A stretch of DNA of 32,000 bases from Zestosphaera tikiterensis (GCA_003056265.1 NBVN01000004.1:180001-212000); one strand, 5' to 3'; positions 1-8,444 are shown, counted from the first letter of the stretch. Notes: a model not told the origin generated them from the letters alone. Translations and numbers: made by a program.

Positions 1-91
1 TAAACTACTTGTAAGTGCTAGGATATCTTCAATATCTAAGAAGCCTTTAAACCTAACTATATTAACATTCGATGAGCTACTTCAATAAACC

Positions 92-2476
92 TTAACCCTT
101 CCTACTTAGGAAATCCATTAAAGACTTACCCTCTTTTTTAACGGCTTCTAACTGCTTATCCGTAACTCCAAAGTACGAAAGTATTCTTAAAGCGGCTGGG
201 ATTACTTGATGCTTTACGTAGTACTCGACGTCTATGTCCTTATCCTTAACCATCATGTAGGGGTAAGCTCTAGAGGATATGTTTCCAGTGCCTTTAACTA
301 TTACATACCCAACCTTACTCCCCACATCTACTTTAATGCCTAGATTCTCAAGTCTTTTAGCGGCTGCTACGTGAGGAGCGTCCACCTCATAATCGTCTAT
401 TCTCTTAGTTAAAGTCTTCCATATTATCAACTTGTCGATAGGTATCTTACCGCTTCTTAAGTCCTCAATAACTTTCCTCACGTGGTTTATCGCGTCATCA
501 ACTCTTTTAGTAGTTAAGATGAGCTTAGCTACCTCCTCCTGCACATCCCTAGCTATGTCTGTCCAGTCACCCCTCACAGCTTCAAAACCGACGATGTCTA
601 TCCTACCGTCCTCCGTTAAGCCTACATACCTCTTCTTAGCTTCAGTGAAGAAAACCCGTTTGTAGATTTTATCTATTTTTATCTCAAGACCTAACGCTGA
701 GTTAACTTCATCGACGAACTTGCTTATTAAGTCCTTAACGTAGGTAACGAATAGGGAGTCCGTATCCCCGTAAATCACTCTTAACCCTAGCTTACCAGCT
801 ATTTTAATAGCTTCAGTTATTGTTTTACGTCCTAACGCTGTAACGGCTTCAGCGCCTTCCCTGAAGTACCAACGAGCTCCAACCCAACCCATATATCCGT
901 AGGAAGCGTTAGCTAATACTTTAAGTGCTCTTTGCCTTTCGTCAAGAACTTTATACTCAGGGGATTCAGGGCTTAAACTCTTCATTTCCTCCCTAACTGC
1001 TTTCCTCATCTTTAATAGAGTTTCTAAAACGTTTTTGTAGAATCCCGGCGGGCTAACTCTAAACTTATACTTCAGCTCTGGTATGATGTAGCATTCGTTA
1101 ACACCGCATTCGCCGTCAACGTATGTGTCAGGACCTATGTTATATTTAATCATGATGTTAGGGTACATTGAGGTGAAGTCCAACACCGCTATATTTTCAT
1201 GAACGCCTTTAGCAGGCTCTAAAACTATAGCTCCTTTGTAGGGTTCGTACTCCCTCTCAACTCTATTAGGTATGAGCTCACCGTATTTAAAGGCTTCACG
1301 CATTAAATACCACTCAAGTCTATAACCGACTGAAGCAGCCCCTACCTGATCTAAAGGCAGTCCTGTAAGGCTTGATAACTGCATAGCGAAGGGTAGGAAC
1401 TTCTCAGCTATGCCTAACGTGGATATCGCGTCTTCCTTAGCATATTTCTCAAGTAAGGGTCTCTTGCTTAAGTCGTCCCAGAACTTATGTATTTCATACC
1501 AAGGTATTAAAGTGCGTTCGTCTTTCTTCATAACCCCTAGATAATCGGCTACCTCATCTAAGGACTTCAGCTTAATCTCAGGTATTTCCTCGGCGAAGTT
1601 GTAGAGGTCTACGTGAAGCCTCCCAGGAACTGATATATGTCCGTAAGCCGACTGTCTTGGGATGCCGCCCTTAGCTCTGCCAACATCTAGCTTAACCTTC
1701 AGGAATTCAGACCTGCTGAGTAGGTATTGCCAGTCAAACATGTTTGAGTTATAGCCTACTATGATGTCTGGGTCGTAAGTTAACACGTAGTTAACGAATT
1801 CCTCAATAAGTTTTCCATCGTTGTTTAAATCCTCAGCGGTAAGTACTTTAACGTCTCCGTCGTTGTTGGCTAACGCCACTATGATTATAGGGTCTTTAGA
1901 AGGCCTTAAAGACCCTGAGGGGCTGTAAACCTCTATGTCAAACGCTAAAACCTTAAGCTTCGGTGGTAGGTTCCTCTCAATCCTTCTTAAACCACTCTTT
2001 AAAAGATAGACCTCGGGAACTCTATATCTGGCGTCCCTACCTAAAGCCTCAACTTCAGCTTCATACCAACCGCATGGGAGGGCGTCCCTATCTATTACGT
2101 ACCTCATGGAGAACCTAATATCCGCTTCTAAAACTTCCTTAACCCCAGGTATTTTAGAGACCTCATCCCTATAATGTCTTACGCTTTCAGGGATTAAAGT
2201 GGTTATTTTTAAAGCTTTCACCGGCTTACCGAAGTATTTCTTATCGACTTCAACGACTTCAAGTATGGGGGAGGAAGGCCTGCTTAAAGCCTTAACCCTC
2301 CTCTTCACTTCAGGTAATACCTTCTCATCCTCAACCAAGGCGTAGAAGTAAGGTCTGAAGGTATTATCCTTAATTAAGATAGGGGTTGAGTCCTCTTTTA
2401 AACCCCACATGAGAATTACTGGTACGTTACCCTCAACTTCATAACTAACGTCTAAGAGGTAGAAACGCATCAACAC
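92..2476 (-). CDS. polB: Family B DNA polymerase (archaeal PolB, Pfu-Pol/PolB3-like architecture)
   Basis: 794-aa ORF with exonuclease motif LAFDIEV and polymerase motifs A (LDFTSMYPNIM), B (KVLANASYGYMG) and C (IYGDTDSLF). The N-terminal FRPYFYAL resembles B3-type archaeal enzymes. No intein-sized insertion. Confidence 0.95.
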   Translation of the reverse strand: MLMRFYLLDVSYEVEGNVPVILMWGLKEDSTPILIKDNTFRPYFYALVEDEKVLPEVKRRVKALSRPSSPILEVVEVDKKYFGKPVKALKITTLIPESVRHYRDEVSKIPGVKEVLEADIRFSMRYVIDRDALPCGWYEAEVEALGRDARYRVPEVYLLKSGLRRIERNLPPKLKVLAFDIEVYSPSGSLRPSKDPIIIVALANNDGDVKVLTAEDLNNDGKLIEEFVNYVLTYDPDIIVGYNSNMFDWQYLLSRSEFLKVKLDVGRAKGGIPRQSAYGHISVPGRLHVDLYNFAEEIPEIKLKSLDEVADYLGVMKKDERTLIPWYEIHKFWDDLSKRPLLEKYAKEDAISTLGIAEKFLPFAMQLSSLTGLPLDQVGAASVGYRLEWYLMREAFKYGELIPNRVEREYEPYKGAIVLEPAKGVHENIAVLDFTSMYPNIMIKYNIGPDTYVDGECGVNECYIIPELKYKFRVSPPGFYKNVLETLLKMRKAVREEMKSLSPESPEYKVLDERQRALKVLANASYGYMGWVGARWYFREGAEAVTALGRKTITEAIKIAGKLGLRVIYGDTDSLFVTYVKDLISKFVDEVNSALGLEIKIDKIYKRVFFTEAKKRYVGLTEDGRIDIVGFEAVRGDWTDIARDVQEEVAKLILTTKRVDDAINHVRKVIEDLRSGKIPIDKLIIWKTLTKRIDDYEVDAPHVAAAKRLENLGIKVDVGSKVGYVIVKGTGNISSRAYPYMMVKDKDIDVEYYVKHQVIPAALRILSYFGVTDKQLEAVKKEGKSLMDFLSRKG

Positions 2477-2532
2477 CTTCTAACATCCCGTTGAAATATC
2501 TGTTTGGGAAGTAATAACGATTGAGGAAAACT

Positions 2533-3891
2533 TTAGGAAGCCCTAGTTAAGTACGTCACAACCTCATCCGCTAACTTCGCGGACTTCTCATATACGGCAT
2601 CCATGTTTAAATACTCCCAAGAACCAAACCTTCCGTGTGGGTAGACACCGTATATCCTCAACTTATTAACGACCTCCTTTAAAACTGAGCTTCTAATGGT
2701 GTCGTATATTATGTAGGCGTCAGCCCAACGTCGCACTACCCCGAACTCCAGCTTTGGATTTCTTACAAGACCTGACCCCTCTAAATCTTGGTAAACCTTA
2801 TGAATGAGTTCATCATCGCTTACGGCGTTCATCTCATCCAAACTTCTGAAGGAGACTTCAGCTATTAACGCTACACCACCTTCAGGAGCGTTACTTCGTG
2901 AGAAGTTACTTAATATAGCAACTCTATGGAATAACTCCTTACTGCTTGGGAAGTAAACCCAATGGTAGGGTAGCGCCTCCCCCCTTACCGCCAACCCCAC
3001 GACCGCTAGGGGAATAGATCTTAAAGCCTTTAAAGAATTGCTTAAGTCGTTAAGTAACTCGCTTAGGACTTCAGCAGATCTATTTAAAGGCGCTGTAAAT
3101 ACTACCGCATCGCAAACCTTCTCAACACCTTCAGCTTCAACTAACAACTTACCGTTTATTGATTTACGGATAAGCTTCACAGGCTTGTTTAACAAAACCT
3201 CAACGCCTTCGTTGACGATTTCCTTGCTTAACGCCTTAGCTAAAGACTCTATACCGCCTGATGATGGGTAGTAAAAATTAAGTTGATGTGTATAACCCTC
3301 TACGCTTAAACCTACAGCACTTTTAACGACGTCTTCTAAAGGTGGGTTTGGAATCCTTCCCTCAACCCACTCAAGACTTACTTCGCTTAAGTCCACCTTC
3401 CATATCTTCTCGTTATAAGGTATTAAGTACTTACTCGCTATAGCGTTTCCAAACACGTAGACTATCCACTCACGGAAATTCTTAGGTTGTGGTAACTCAC
3501 CCTTAACTCTCTTAACGTAGGTATTAATTAAATCCCACACGCATTCAAACCTTTCCTCAGGGGGTAGGTCACCTAACCCATTCTCAAATGGGTATTTCAC
3601 GAAAGTTCCTTTGTAGAATATCTTAGCATTTCTATAATGTTTAACCACATCCCACTTAAGTAAGTTAAGCATTTCGTTAAGAGTCCTTAAATTCTTACTA
3701 AATAATATGTGTGAACCGCCGACGTCGAATGTATATCCTGAGATAACTTCAGACTTTAGAAGGCCGCCGACTCTATCGCTTAACTCAATCAAAGTAATGT
3801 CCTTCACACCCTTGATAAGGAGGTGGTAAGCTGTGGATAGGCCTGCAAGACCACCCCCAACAATACACACTGACTTCCTCCCCATAAACAC
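2533..3891 (-). CDS. FAD-dependent oxidoreductase (protoporphyrinogen/amine-oxidase-like fold; substrate unknown)
   Basis: 452-aa ORF with an N-terminal dinucleotide-binding motif CIVGGGLAGLSTAY followed by ELSDRVGG. Confidence 0.65.
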   Translation of the reverse strand: MFMGRKSVCIVGGGLAGLSTAYHLLIKGVKDITLIELSDRVGGLLKSEVISGYTFDVGGSHILFSKNLRTLNEMLNLLKWDVVKHYRNAKIFYKGTFVKYPFENGLGDLPPEERFECVWDLINTYVKRVKGELPQPKNFREWIVYVFGNAIASKYLIPYNEKIWKVDLSEVSLEWVEGRIPNPPLEDVVKSAVGLSVEGYTHQLNFYYPSSGGIESLAKALSKEIVNEGVEVLLNKPVKLIRKSINGKLLVEAEGVEKVCDAVVFTAPLNRSAEVLSELLNDLSNSLKALRSIPLAVVGLAVRGEALPYHWVYFPSSKELFHRVAILSNFSRSNAPEGGVALIAEVSFRSLDEMNAVSDDELIHKVYQDLEGSGLVRNPKLEFGVVRRWADAYIIYDTIRSSVLKEVVNKLRIYGVYPHGRFGSWEYLNMDAVYEKSAKLADEVVTYLTRAS

Positions 3892-3921
3892 GACCTCATC
3901 GATGAGTAAGGTTTCCTACAC

Positions 3922-4101
3922 TCACGTCTTTACGTCCCTATGCTTAAACTCCTGCTTAAGAACCTCACCAACCTCCACGAGGAAGGCCTCAACCTGAGGT
4001 TTTACAAAACCTCTTATTAAATGACCACCACATAAGACGTCATGGTCTAAACCTAAAACTACGTGAATATGCGTGAATATCCTGCCATCGCTTCTAAGCA
4101 T
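3922..4101 (-). pseudogene. C-terminal fragment of a PPC/DUF296-type protein, cut off by IS copy 1
   Basis: The minus-strand translation is MLRSDGRIFTHIHVVLGLDHDVLCGGHLIRGFVKPQVEAFLVEVGEVLKQEFKHRDVKT*. This looks like the C-terminal half of the fold begun by ORF 5821..6077. It starts immediately after the IS right end. Confidence 0.55.
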
Positions 4102-4244
4102 CTGACCTCCTCCCCGCCTTTAAAGGGTGGGGGTTCTTGGTGTTGTTAGGGTGGGGAGGTTTGGGGCTACATCCTTTTTGTTTAGCCCCGGGCTGGGTTT
4201 CCAGCCCATTACCCCTACCCCTTCTAGGGGGTTTGGGGTTATGG
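4086..4244 (-). ncRNA. Candidate omega-RNA (reRNA) of copy 1: ~140-nt scaffold plus 16-nt flank-derived guide
   Basis: This 3' module is conserved in all three elements and overlaps the tnpB 3' end and the right end. It contains the stem GGGCTGG-N4-CCAGCCC (4190-4207). The extent is inferred, not measured. Confidence 0.45.
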
Positions 4245-5572
4245 TTAAGCCTTTGATTAAGATGTTGTATGCCGCTGTTATGTCTGCATTGAATACTTTG
4301 TTCAGTTTCGTACATTTAAATAGTCCTCTCGTTATTCTTTTTCCGCAACTATCGCCGTGTATTGGGCATGTTGTAGATGTGTAAGATTCATCAACGAATA
4401 ATACCGCTACCCCATATTCTTCACTAACTTCGTTTAATCTCCTCAACAGGTATCCGTAGCTCCACACCTGAACAGTGTTGAAGTTTCCGCTCTCCTGGGC
4501 GATGTTCTTCGGGTAGCCAACGTAAATTACTGAAACTCCACTCCCGTAGAGTTGCTCAACGAGTCTTCTAATTTGCGTGTTTATGAAGCTCTTCACCTCC
4601 TTACGCCACTTCCTATACATTAGCCTAAGCTTTCGTGAAGACTTAATACCATACTTGTTAATAATGTTTTGATATTTAGCGATCCTCTCCCTCCAGTAGT
4701 GGGATATAGATTTAAGAGGTCTACCATTAACTAGTAACGATGTCCCATCCTCAACATATACTGCGAATAAGTTATTCACACCGATATCCACTCCAGCCCT
4801 CAAATCGCCTTTGGAAGCCTGAGGAACCTTCCTCCACACACCTCTAACAGCTTTCTCATAAACTTCGAAGGATATGTAAGCATACCATTTCTTAGAGTCG
4901 GCATCGTAATGTATTTCAATCCTGCCCTGCTTACCCTTTAAGTGGATTAACCCTCTGTACTCCATCTCTATCCTCCCTACGGCTCCCAGTCCCTTCAGAA
5001 CTATCTTATTTCCTTCAATCCTATACTGATCGTTTCTCAGCACAGCCCATAACTCTCTAACCTTCCCTCTCTTTTTATATCCGGGTGGGTTGACTTTTGC
5101 TATGTATGGTGGTAGCTTTCCCTCTTTCTTAGCTTTCAGTAGGCTGAAGAACGATCTCCATGCTTCACCATTCTTATTAAGTACTTGCTGAGCTGTCACA
5201 GAACCTATCAACGATTTATACTTCTCGTAGAACTCTCTATATGTTTCCTTCAAATCAACCCCTTTTCCTTTGAAGAACTGCCTCCTCCTAACGTAGTTTA
5301 CTTCATTCCATAGCTTGGATGTTAAGCTACATAGGGCCTTCAACCTTACTTCAGATTCATTATCTGGTACTAGTCTAACGACACTAACCCTCCTACATTC
5401 GGGAACCAGCCGTGGAGGGCATAGAGAAGATAGAAAGACATGGCATGACGCACCCTCCAAACCACAACCCTCACCCACCGCTTGAGGATCGCCCTCCACA
5501 ACCAGCCCCTAAAAACAATAAAACGCAAAAACTTATAAACCCTTCCCCACCACAAAAGACGAGGCTGTTTCT
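4102..5572 (-). mobile_element. IS200/IS605-family, tnpB-only (IS1341-like) element, copy 1
   Basis: On the minus strand the right end reads ...TTTAAAGGCGGGGAGGAGGTCAG and stops at 4102. The left-end hairpin region is at about 5540-5572 (AGAAACAGCCTCGTCTTTTGTGGTGGGG). It is related to 13378..14820 and 7562..7895. The outer limit is ambiguous and could extend to 5820 (see findings). Confidence 0.85.
4120..5499 (-). CDS. tnpB: TnpB (IS200/IS605 OrfB, RNA-guided nuclease family), lineage 1, copy 1
   Basis: RuvC-I motif GVDIGVNNLFAV, and C-terminal FVDESYTSTTCPIHGDSCG...FKCTK...FNADITAAYNIL. It is about four-fifths identical by eye to 13445..14803. The true start is uncertain because the first ~35 aa are poorly conserved between copies. 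Confidence 0.9.
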   Translation of the reverse strand: MEGDPQAVGEGCGLEGASCHVFLSSLCPPRLVPECRRVSVVRLVPDNESEVRLKALCSLTSKLWNEVNYVRRRQFFKGKGVDLKETYREFYEKYKSLIGSVTAQQVLNKNGEAWRSFFSLLKAKKEGKLPPYIAKVNPPGYKKRGKVRELWAVLRNDQYRIEGNKIVLKGLGAVGRIEMEYRGLIHLKGKQGRIEIHYDADSKKWYAYISFEVYEKAVRGVWRKVPQASKGDLRAGVDIGVNNLFAVYVEDGTSLLVNGRPLKSISHYWRERIAKYQNIINKYGIKSSRKLRLMYRKWRKEVKSFINTQIRRLVEQLYGSGVSVIYVGYPKNIAQESGNFNTVQVWSYGYLLRRLNEVSEEYGVAVLFVDESYTSTTCPIHGDSCGKRITRGLFKCTKLNKVFNADITAAYNILIKGLTITPNPLEGVGVMGWKPSPGLNKKDVAPNLPTLTTPRTPTL

Positions 5573-5820
5573 AAGGTATTGAGACCCTAAGATATTGTGA
5601 ATAGGTCTTAATTACTTGAAATTTTATAATCTACTAAACTTGTAAATGTATCGGTGACTTCGGGGTTCCGAAATCCGTAGGGCTTTGAAGCTCTAGGCAA
5701 CTAGAATAGAGCAGAGCTACTGCGGTGAGGGGCTCCGAGAGGAAGCGTGATAAACCAAACCACTGAACTAAAAGCAATTGAAAATATCAAGGAATACCGT
5801 GATCTGGAGAACGCTTTCTG
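5573..5820. other. Unexplained 248-bp structured segment between the IS copy 1 left end and the interrupted host gene
   Basis: No ORF. It has locally GC-rich hairpins (TTCGG-GGTT-CCGAA; GCTCTA...TAGAGC). On the minus strand its outer end reads CAA|CAGAAAGCG, resembling the family left-end junction CAA|CCGAAAGC. Confidence 0.3.
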
Positions 5821-6077
5821 TTGTAGAAACCTGAAAGCGAGAGCACTTCAAGTATTTTGTTTTCCTTACTTACGTATTCCTTAACCACGTATTTTTGAGT
5901 TAGCGTGTCGTAGAAAGCAATCTCGGCTTTCTCAAACCCTCCTATCCCGAATATCATCCCTCCTTTTAACCCGTTCTCTAGAACGACTTTCTCCACATAG
6001 TCCGGTAAGGTAGAACCTTCCGGAACTTTAATCGGTTTAATCATGGTTCCCATAGTTCCTACCCTCATGTATATCAT
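5821..6077 (-). pseudogene. N-terminal fragment of a PPC/DUF296-type protein
   Basis: The ORF reads ...GGMIFGIGGFEKAEIAFYD...ILEVLSLSGFY and then runs into inserted DNA (NRKRSPDHGIP*). The matching C-terminal half is at 3922..4101. Confidence 0.55.
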
Positions 6078-6124
6078 CGACGTAGGGCTATATTTTTAAC
6101 TTTAAAGTAGACATATATCTTAAG

Positions 6125-6937
6125 GTGTTTAATTTGGTTAAGACGTTTAAGTTAGGTATTGAGCCTCTTGACATGGCCTTACCTTCAGGGCTTCCCTATA
6201 GCTCGCTATCTGTTGTTGCGGGTCCTGGCGGTGTCGGTAAGTCGGTAATGCTTGCTCACATCGCTTGGAATTTCCTTAAGAGTGGTGGTAGCGTTGTCTA
6301 CGTGAATTTCGACGACTCTTCGGAGGCGGTTCTTTCACTATTTAGAGATTTTAACTGGGACATAGACGGTTACGTTGATAAAGGCGCGTTTCAGATAATA
6401 GACTGCTTTAGCTTTAGGTTAGGACCTTTTAAAAAACCTGTTAAGGGTGTTGTTAGGGATTTAGAGGTAAGGGATTTAAACTCTTTAATGTACGCAATTA
6501 ACGACGTCGTTAGTAAGTCTAAAACGAATACGTTAGTCATTCTAGACTCTATAAACGAGTTTATGTTTAAGTTTGAAGTAACTCAAGTTTTAGACTTCAT
6601 CAAGACTTTAAGGGCGGTAGTAGCTAAGGGTTTAGGAGCTATAGTCTTGGTTACCGTACACGTAACTACGGAAGACCTGCAGGCACTCGTTCAACACCTT
6701 GAGTATTTAGTCGATGGCGTGATTGAGTTAAGGCTTCAACCATCCCTCCTCGAGATCGGTATACCCGTTAAAGAACTACTCGTTAAGAAGATGAGGAGCG
6801 TCTCAACAAACCCGATATGGATACCGTACGTAATAAGCGATTCAGGGATTTCAAGCGTGGATATGGAGAAACTCGTGAAGTTCATAAAAGCTAAAGTAGC
6901 TGAGGCGGAAACGCTTAAAAAGCTGATTTCAGGCTAA
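6125..6937 (+). CDS. KaiC/RecA-superfamily ATPase (single-domain, COG0467-like)
   Basis: Walker A VVAGPGGVGKSVM and Walker B-like TLVILDSINEF. 270 aa, the typical archaeal KaiC-like size. Confidence 0.7.
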   Translation: MFNLVKTFKLGIEPLDMALPSGLPYSSLSVVAGPGGVGKSVMLAHIAWNFLKSGGSVVYVNFDDSSEAVLSLFRDFNWDIDGYVDKGAFQIIDCFSFRLGPFKKPVKGVVRDLEVRDLNSLMYAINDVVSKSKTNTLVILDSINEFMFKFEVTQVLDFIKTLRAVVAKGLGAIVLVTVHVTTEDLQALVQHLEYLVDGVIELRLQPSLLEIGIPVKELLVKKMRSVSTNPIWIPYVISDSGISSVDMEKLVKFIKAKVAEAETLKKLISG

Positions 6938-6942
6938 CCGAC

Positions 6943-7173
6943 TTGAAGGCGATAGTAAATATACTACCCAACTGCAACCTATGCGGGCTATGCGTTAAAT
7001 ACTGCCCAACAGAAGTATTCACAATAGAAGGCGATAAAGTAAGGGCATATAGCGAAAGATGCATCTACTGCAGAGCTTGCGAACCTCTATGCCCTCAAAA
7101 AGCAGTACGTGTAGAACTAGATAAAACATCGATAAAAACATACGTGGAAACACCCTACTTTAAAACGAAATAA
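6943..7173 (+). CDS. 2x[4Fe-4S] ferredoxin
   Basis: Two cluster motifs, CNLCGLCVKYCP and CIYCRACEPLCP, in 76 aa. It starts 6 nt after the KaiC-like gene. Confidence 0.8.
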   Translation: MKAIVNILPNCNLCGLCVKYCPTEVFTIEGDKVRAYSERCIYCRACEPLCPQKAVRVELDKTSIKTYVETPYFKTK

Positions 7174-7174
7174 C

Positions 7175-7182
7175 ACTTTTAA
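7175..7182 (+). promoter_or_regulatory. TATA-like box ACTTTTAA upstream of tRNA-Ser
   Basis: This octamer is identical to the one at 8324..8331. Both end exactly 26 nt before the tRNA 5' end. Confidence 0.55.
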
Positions 7183-7207
7183 CCCTAGTTAAAAAGATAA
7201 TTATGGT

Positions 7208-7295
7208 GCCGGGGTCGCCTAGCCTGGTAGGGCGTCGGCCTGCTAAGCCGATGGGGGATCACCCCGCGCGGGTTCAAATCCCGCCCCCGGCGCCA
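7208..7295 (+). tRNA. tRNA-Ser (anticodon GCT), class II long variable arm, CCA encoded
   Basis: Acceptor GCCGGGG/CCCCGGC. Anticodon stem TCGGC/GCCGA with loop CTGCTAA. Variable arm TGGGGGATCACCCCGC. T-arm GCGGG-TTCAAAT-CCCGC. Discriminator G followed by CCA. Confidence 0.9.
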
Positions 7296-7370
7296 ACATT
7301 TAAGTGTCGTCTTTAATGGTAGCCTCATAACTTTAATCGTTTCAAAACTTACGTATAAAGGTGGTACTCA

Positions 7371-7561
7371 ATGAAGTTTACTTCGCAAAACTATGAATGG
7401 GGTGTTAAAGTCCTTAAGGACTTAGTGGCGATACCGACGGTAAATCCTCCTGGGGAGCATTATAAGGATTTCGCTTACTATAGTAAGGAAGTCCTGGAGG
7501 GTATGGGTCTTAAAGTTGAGGTTGTTGAAGTGCCTAAGGAATACGTGAGTAAGCATTGCAA
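7371..7561 (+). pseudogene. N-terminal fragment of an M20 metallopeptidase (ArgE/DapE-like)
   Basis: The sequence MKFTSQNYEWGVKVLKDLVAIPTVNPPGEHYKDFAYYSKEVLEGMGLKVEVVEVPKEYVSKHC is then interrupted by the MITE. Confidence 0.6.
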
Positions 7562-7895
7562 CCGAAAGCTTCGCTTCTTTAGGGCGGGGATGGGAAGGTT
7601 TATAAGTTGTTTCTTCTAATTTGTTTTTGGTGATGATGTTTAATGTGTGTGGGAGGTAAGCCTCAAGCAAATCAGCTAAAGCTAGGTATACAACCCATAC
7701 TATGCCTCCCACATGAAGTTTTGAGGCCTTTAGAGGTCGATGATTGATTAGGTATTCCATAACCTCGAGTCCCTCAGGGATAGGGGTAATGGGCCGGAAG
7801 CCCGGCCCGGAGGTGAATGGAAAGAGATGTACCTCCAAACCGATGAACCGCCCGAAGGGGGGAACCCTCGCCCTTCAGGACGGGGAGGAGGTCAG
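7562..7895 (+). mobile_element. MITE (334 bp) derived from the tnpB-only IS family
   Basis: It starts CCGAAAGCT, like the copy 2 left end, and ends GGACGGGGAGGAGGTCAG, like both right ends. It keeps the 5' stem (7648-7656/7705-7713) and the ~140-nt 3' module but has no tnpB ORF. Confidence 0.85.
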
Positions 7896-7911
7896 AGACC
7901 CTAACTCAAAA
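7757..7911 (+). ncRNA. Candidate orphan omega-RNA carried by the MITE (scaffold plus 16-nt guide AGACCCTAACTCAAAA)
   Basis: It aligns with 14679..14820. The stem is GGGCCGG-N4-CCGGCCC (7791-7808), which differs from the full copies by a compensatory pair. Confidence 0.4.
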
Positions 7912-8148
7912 CTCGTCTTAACAGCTAAGGAGGCTGGGAAGGAAGTCCTAGGAACTGAACCTAAAACTACAGTATGCTTAGGAGGTCTGGACATGAGGTT
8001 CTACACAGAGAAGAACATACAGACAATAACCTACGGACCTGGAATTTTAGGGAACGCGCATATAGCGGATGAATACCTACCACTAGAAGAATTCAATAAA
8101 ATGAGCGATATCTACTACACGCTACTAAGGAAGCTTTTAAGAAAGTAA
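7896..8148 (+). pseudogene. C-terminal fragment of an M20 metallopeptidase
   Basis: The sequence is DPNSKLVLTAKEAGKEVLGTEPKTTVCLGGLDMRFYTEKNIQTITYGPGILGNAHIADEYLPLEEFNKMSDIYYTLLRKLLRK. The roughly 250-aa catalytic core between the two fragments is absent. Confidence 0.6.
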
Positions 8149-8323
8149 CCGTTAAAAGTCTTTTTAGCAAACAATATAATTCAACTTTTTCCTCCTTTCT
8201 ACTTATTTTTCATTAAATGCAAAATCATAGCTTTAAACACCGATACGTGGATTTCCACGCTATTAAGCCTAGTTATGGGCTTCAAAAATAAGCTTAGTAG
8301 CGTTATTAAAATACCACGTGAAA

Positions 8324-8331
8324 ACTTTTAA
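8324..8331 (+). promoter_or_regulatory. TATA-like box ACTTTTAA upstream of tRNA-Leu
   Basis: Same octamer and same 26-nt spacing as for tRNA-Ser. Confidence 0.55.
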
Positions 8332-8356
8332 GCTTGGTTAGAACATAGAAATAACG

Positions 8357-8444
8357 GCGGGGGTGCCCGAGCTCGGTCAAAGGGGGCGGGCTTAAGACCC
8401 GCTGGCGTAGGCCTGCGTGGGTTCGAATCCCACCCCCCGCACCA
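8357..8444 (+). tRNA. tRNA-Leu (anticodon TAA), class II, CCA encoded
   Basis: Acceptor GCGGGGG/CCCCCGC. Anticodon stem GCGGG/CCCGC with loop CTTAAGA. Long variable arm. T-arm GTGGG-TTCGAAT-CCCAC. Discriminator A followed by CCA. Confidence 0.9.

Noticed and set aside
432-665. 77-aa plus-strand ORF inside polB. Similar antisense ORFs occur at 3038..3271, 9285..9590, 10444..10635, 10825..11178, 11806..12018, 13732..13944, 14014..14217, 15725..16054, 20196..20390, 20661..20885, 21065..21268, 22287..22517, 23041..23244, 23452..23712, 25659..25889, 28069..28359, 28729..29016 and 31033..31290.
   Set aside because: Each lies antisense within a longer ORF that has clear family motifs. Their compositions are low-complexity (Ser/Leu/Thr-rich), typical of shadow ORFs.
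92-2476. Intein or split in the family B polymerase
   Set aside because: 794 aa is a normal length, and motifs A, B and C are contiguous with normal spacing.
4094-4384. ORFs 4094..4315 and 4127..4384. The equivalents at 14539..14796, 14608..14853 and 7422..7838 overlap the IS right-end regions.
   Set aside because: They fall in the GC-rich structured 3' module shared by the elements, and their Pro/Gly/Arg-rich translations look like by-products of RNA/DNA structure. The same applies to 5370..5555 over the copy 1 left end.
7744-8148. 134-aa ORF treated as a single gene
   Set aside because: It is chimeric. The first ~50 codons are a read-through of the MITE 3' module, and only residues from DPNSKL onward are M20 peptidase sequence. 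ORF 7371..7619 likewise runs from the peptidase into the MITE left end.
8244-8257. Perfect palindrome CGTGGA-TT-TCCACG upstream of tRNA-Leu
   Set aside because: It is short (6 bp arms) and isolated, with no second copy, so it could be chance. It is not enough evidence to call an operator.
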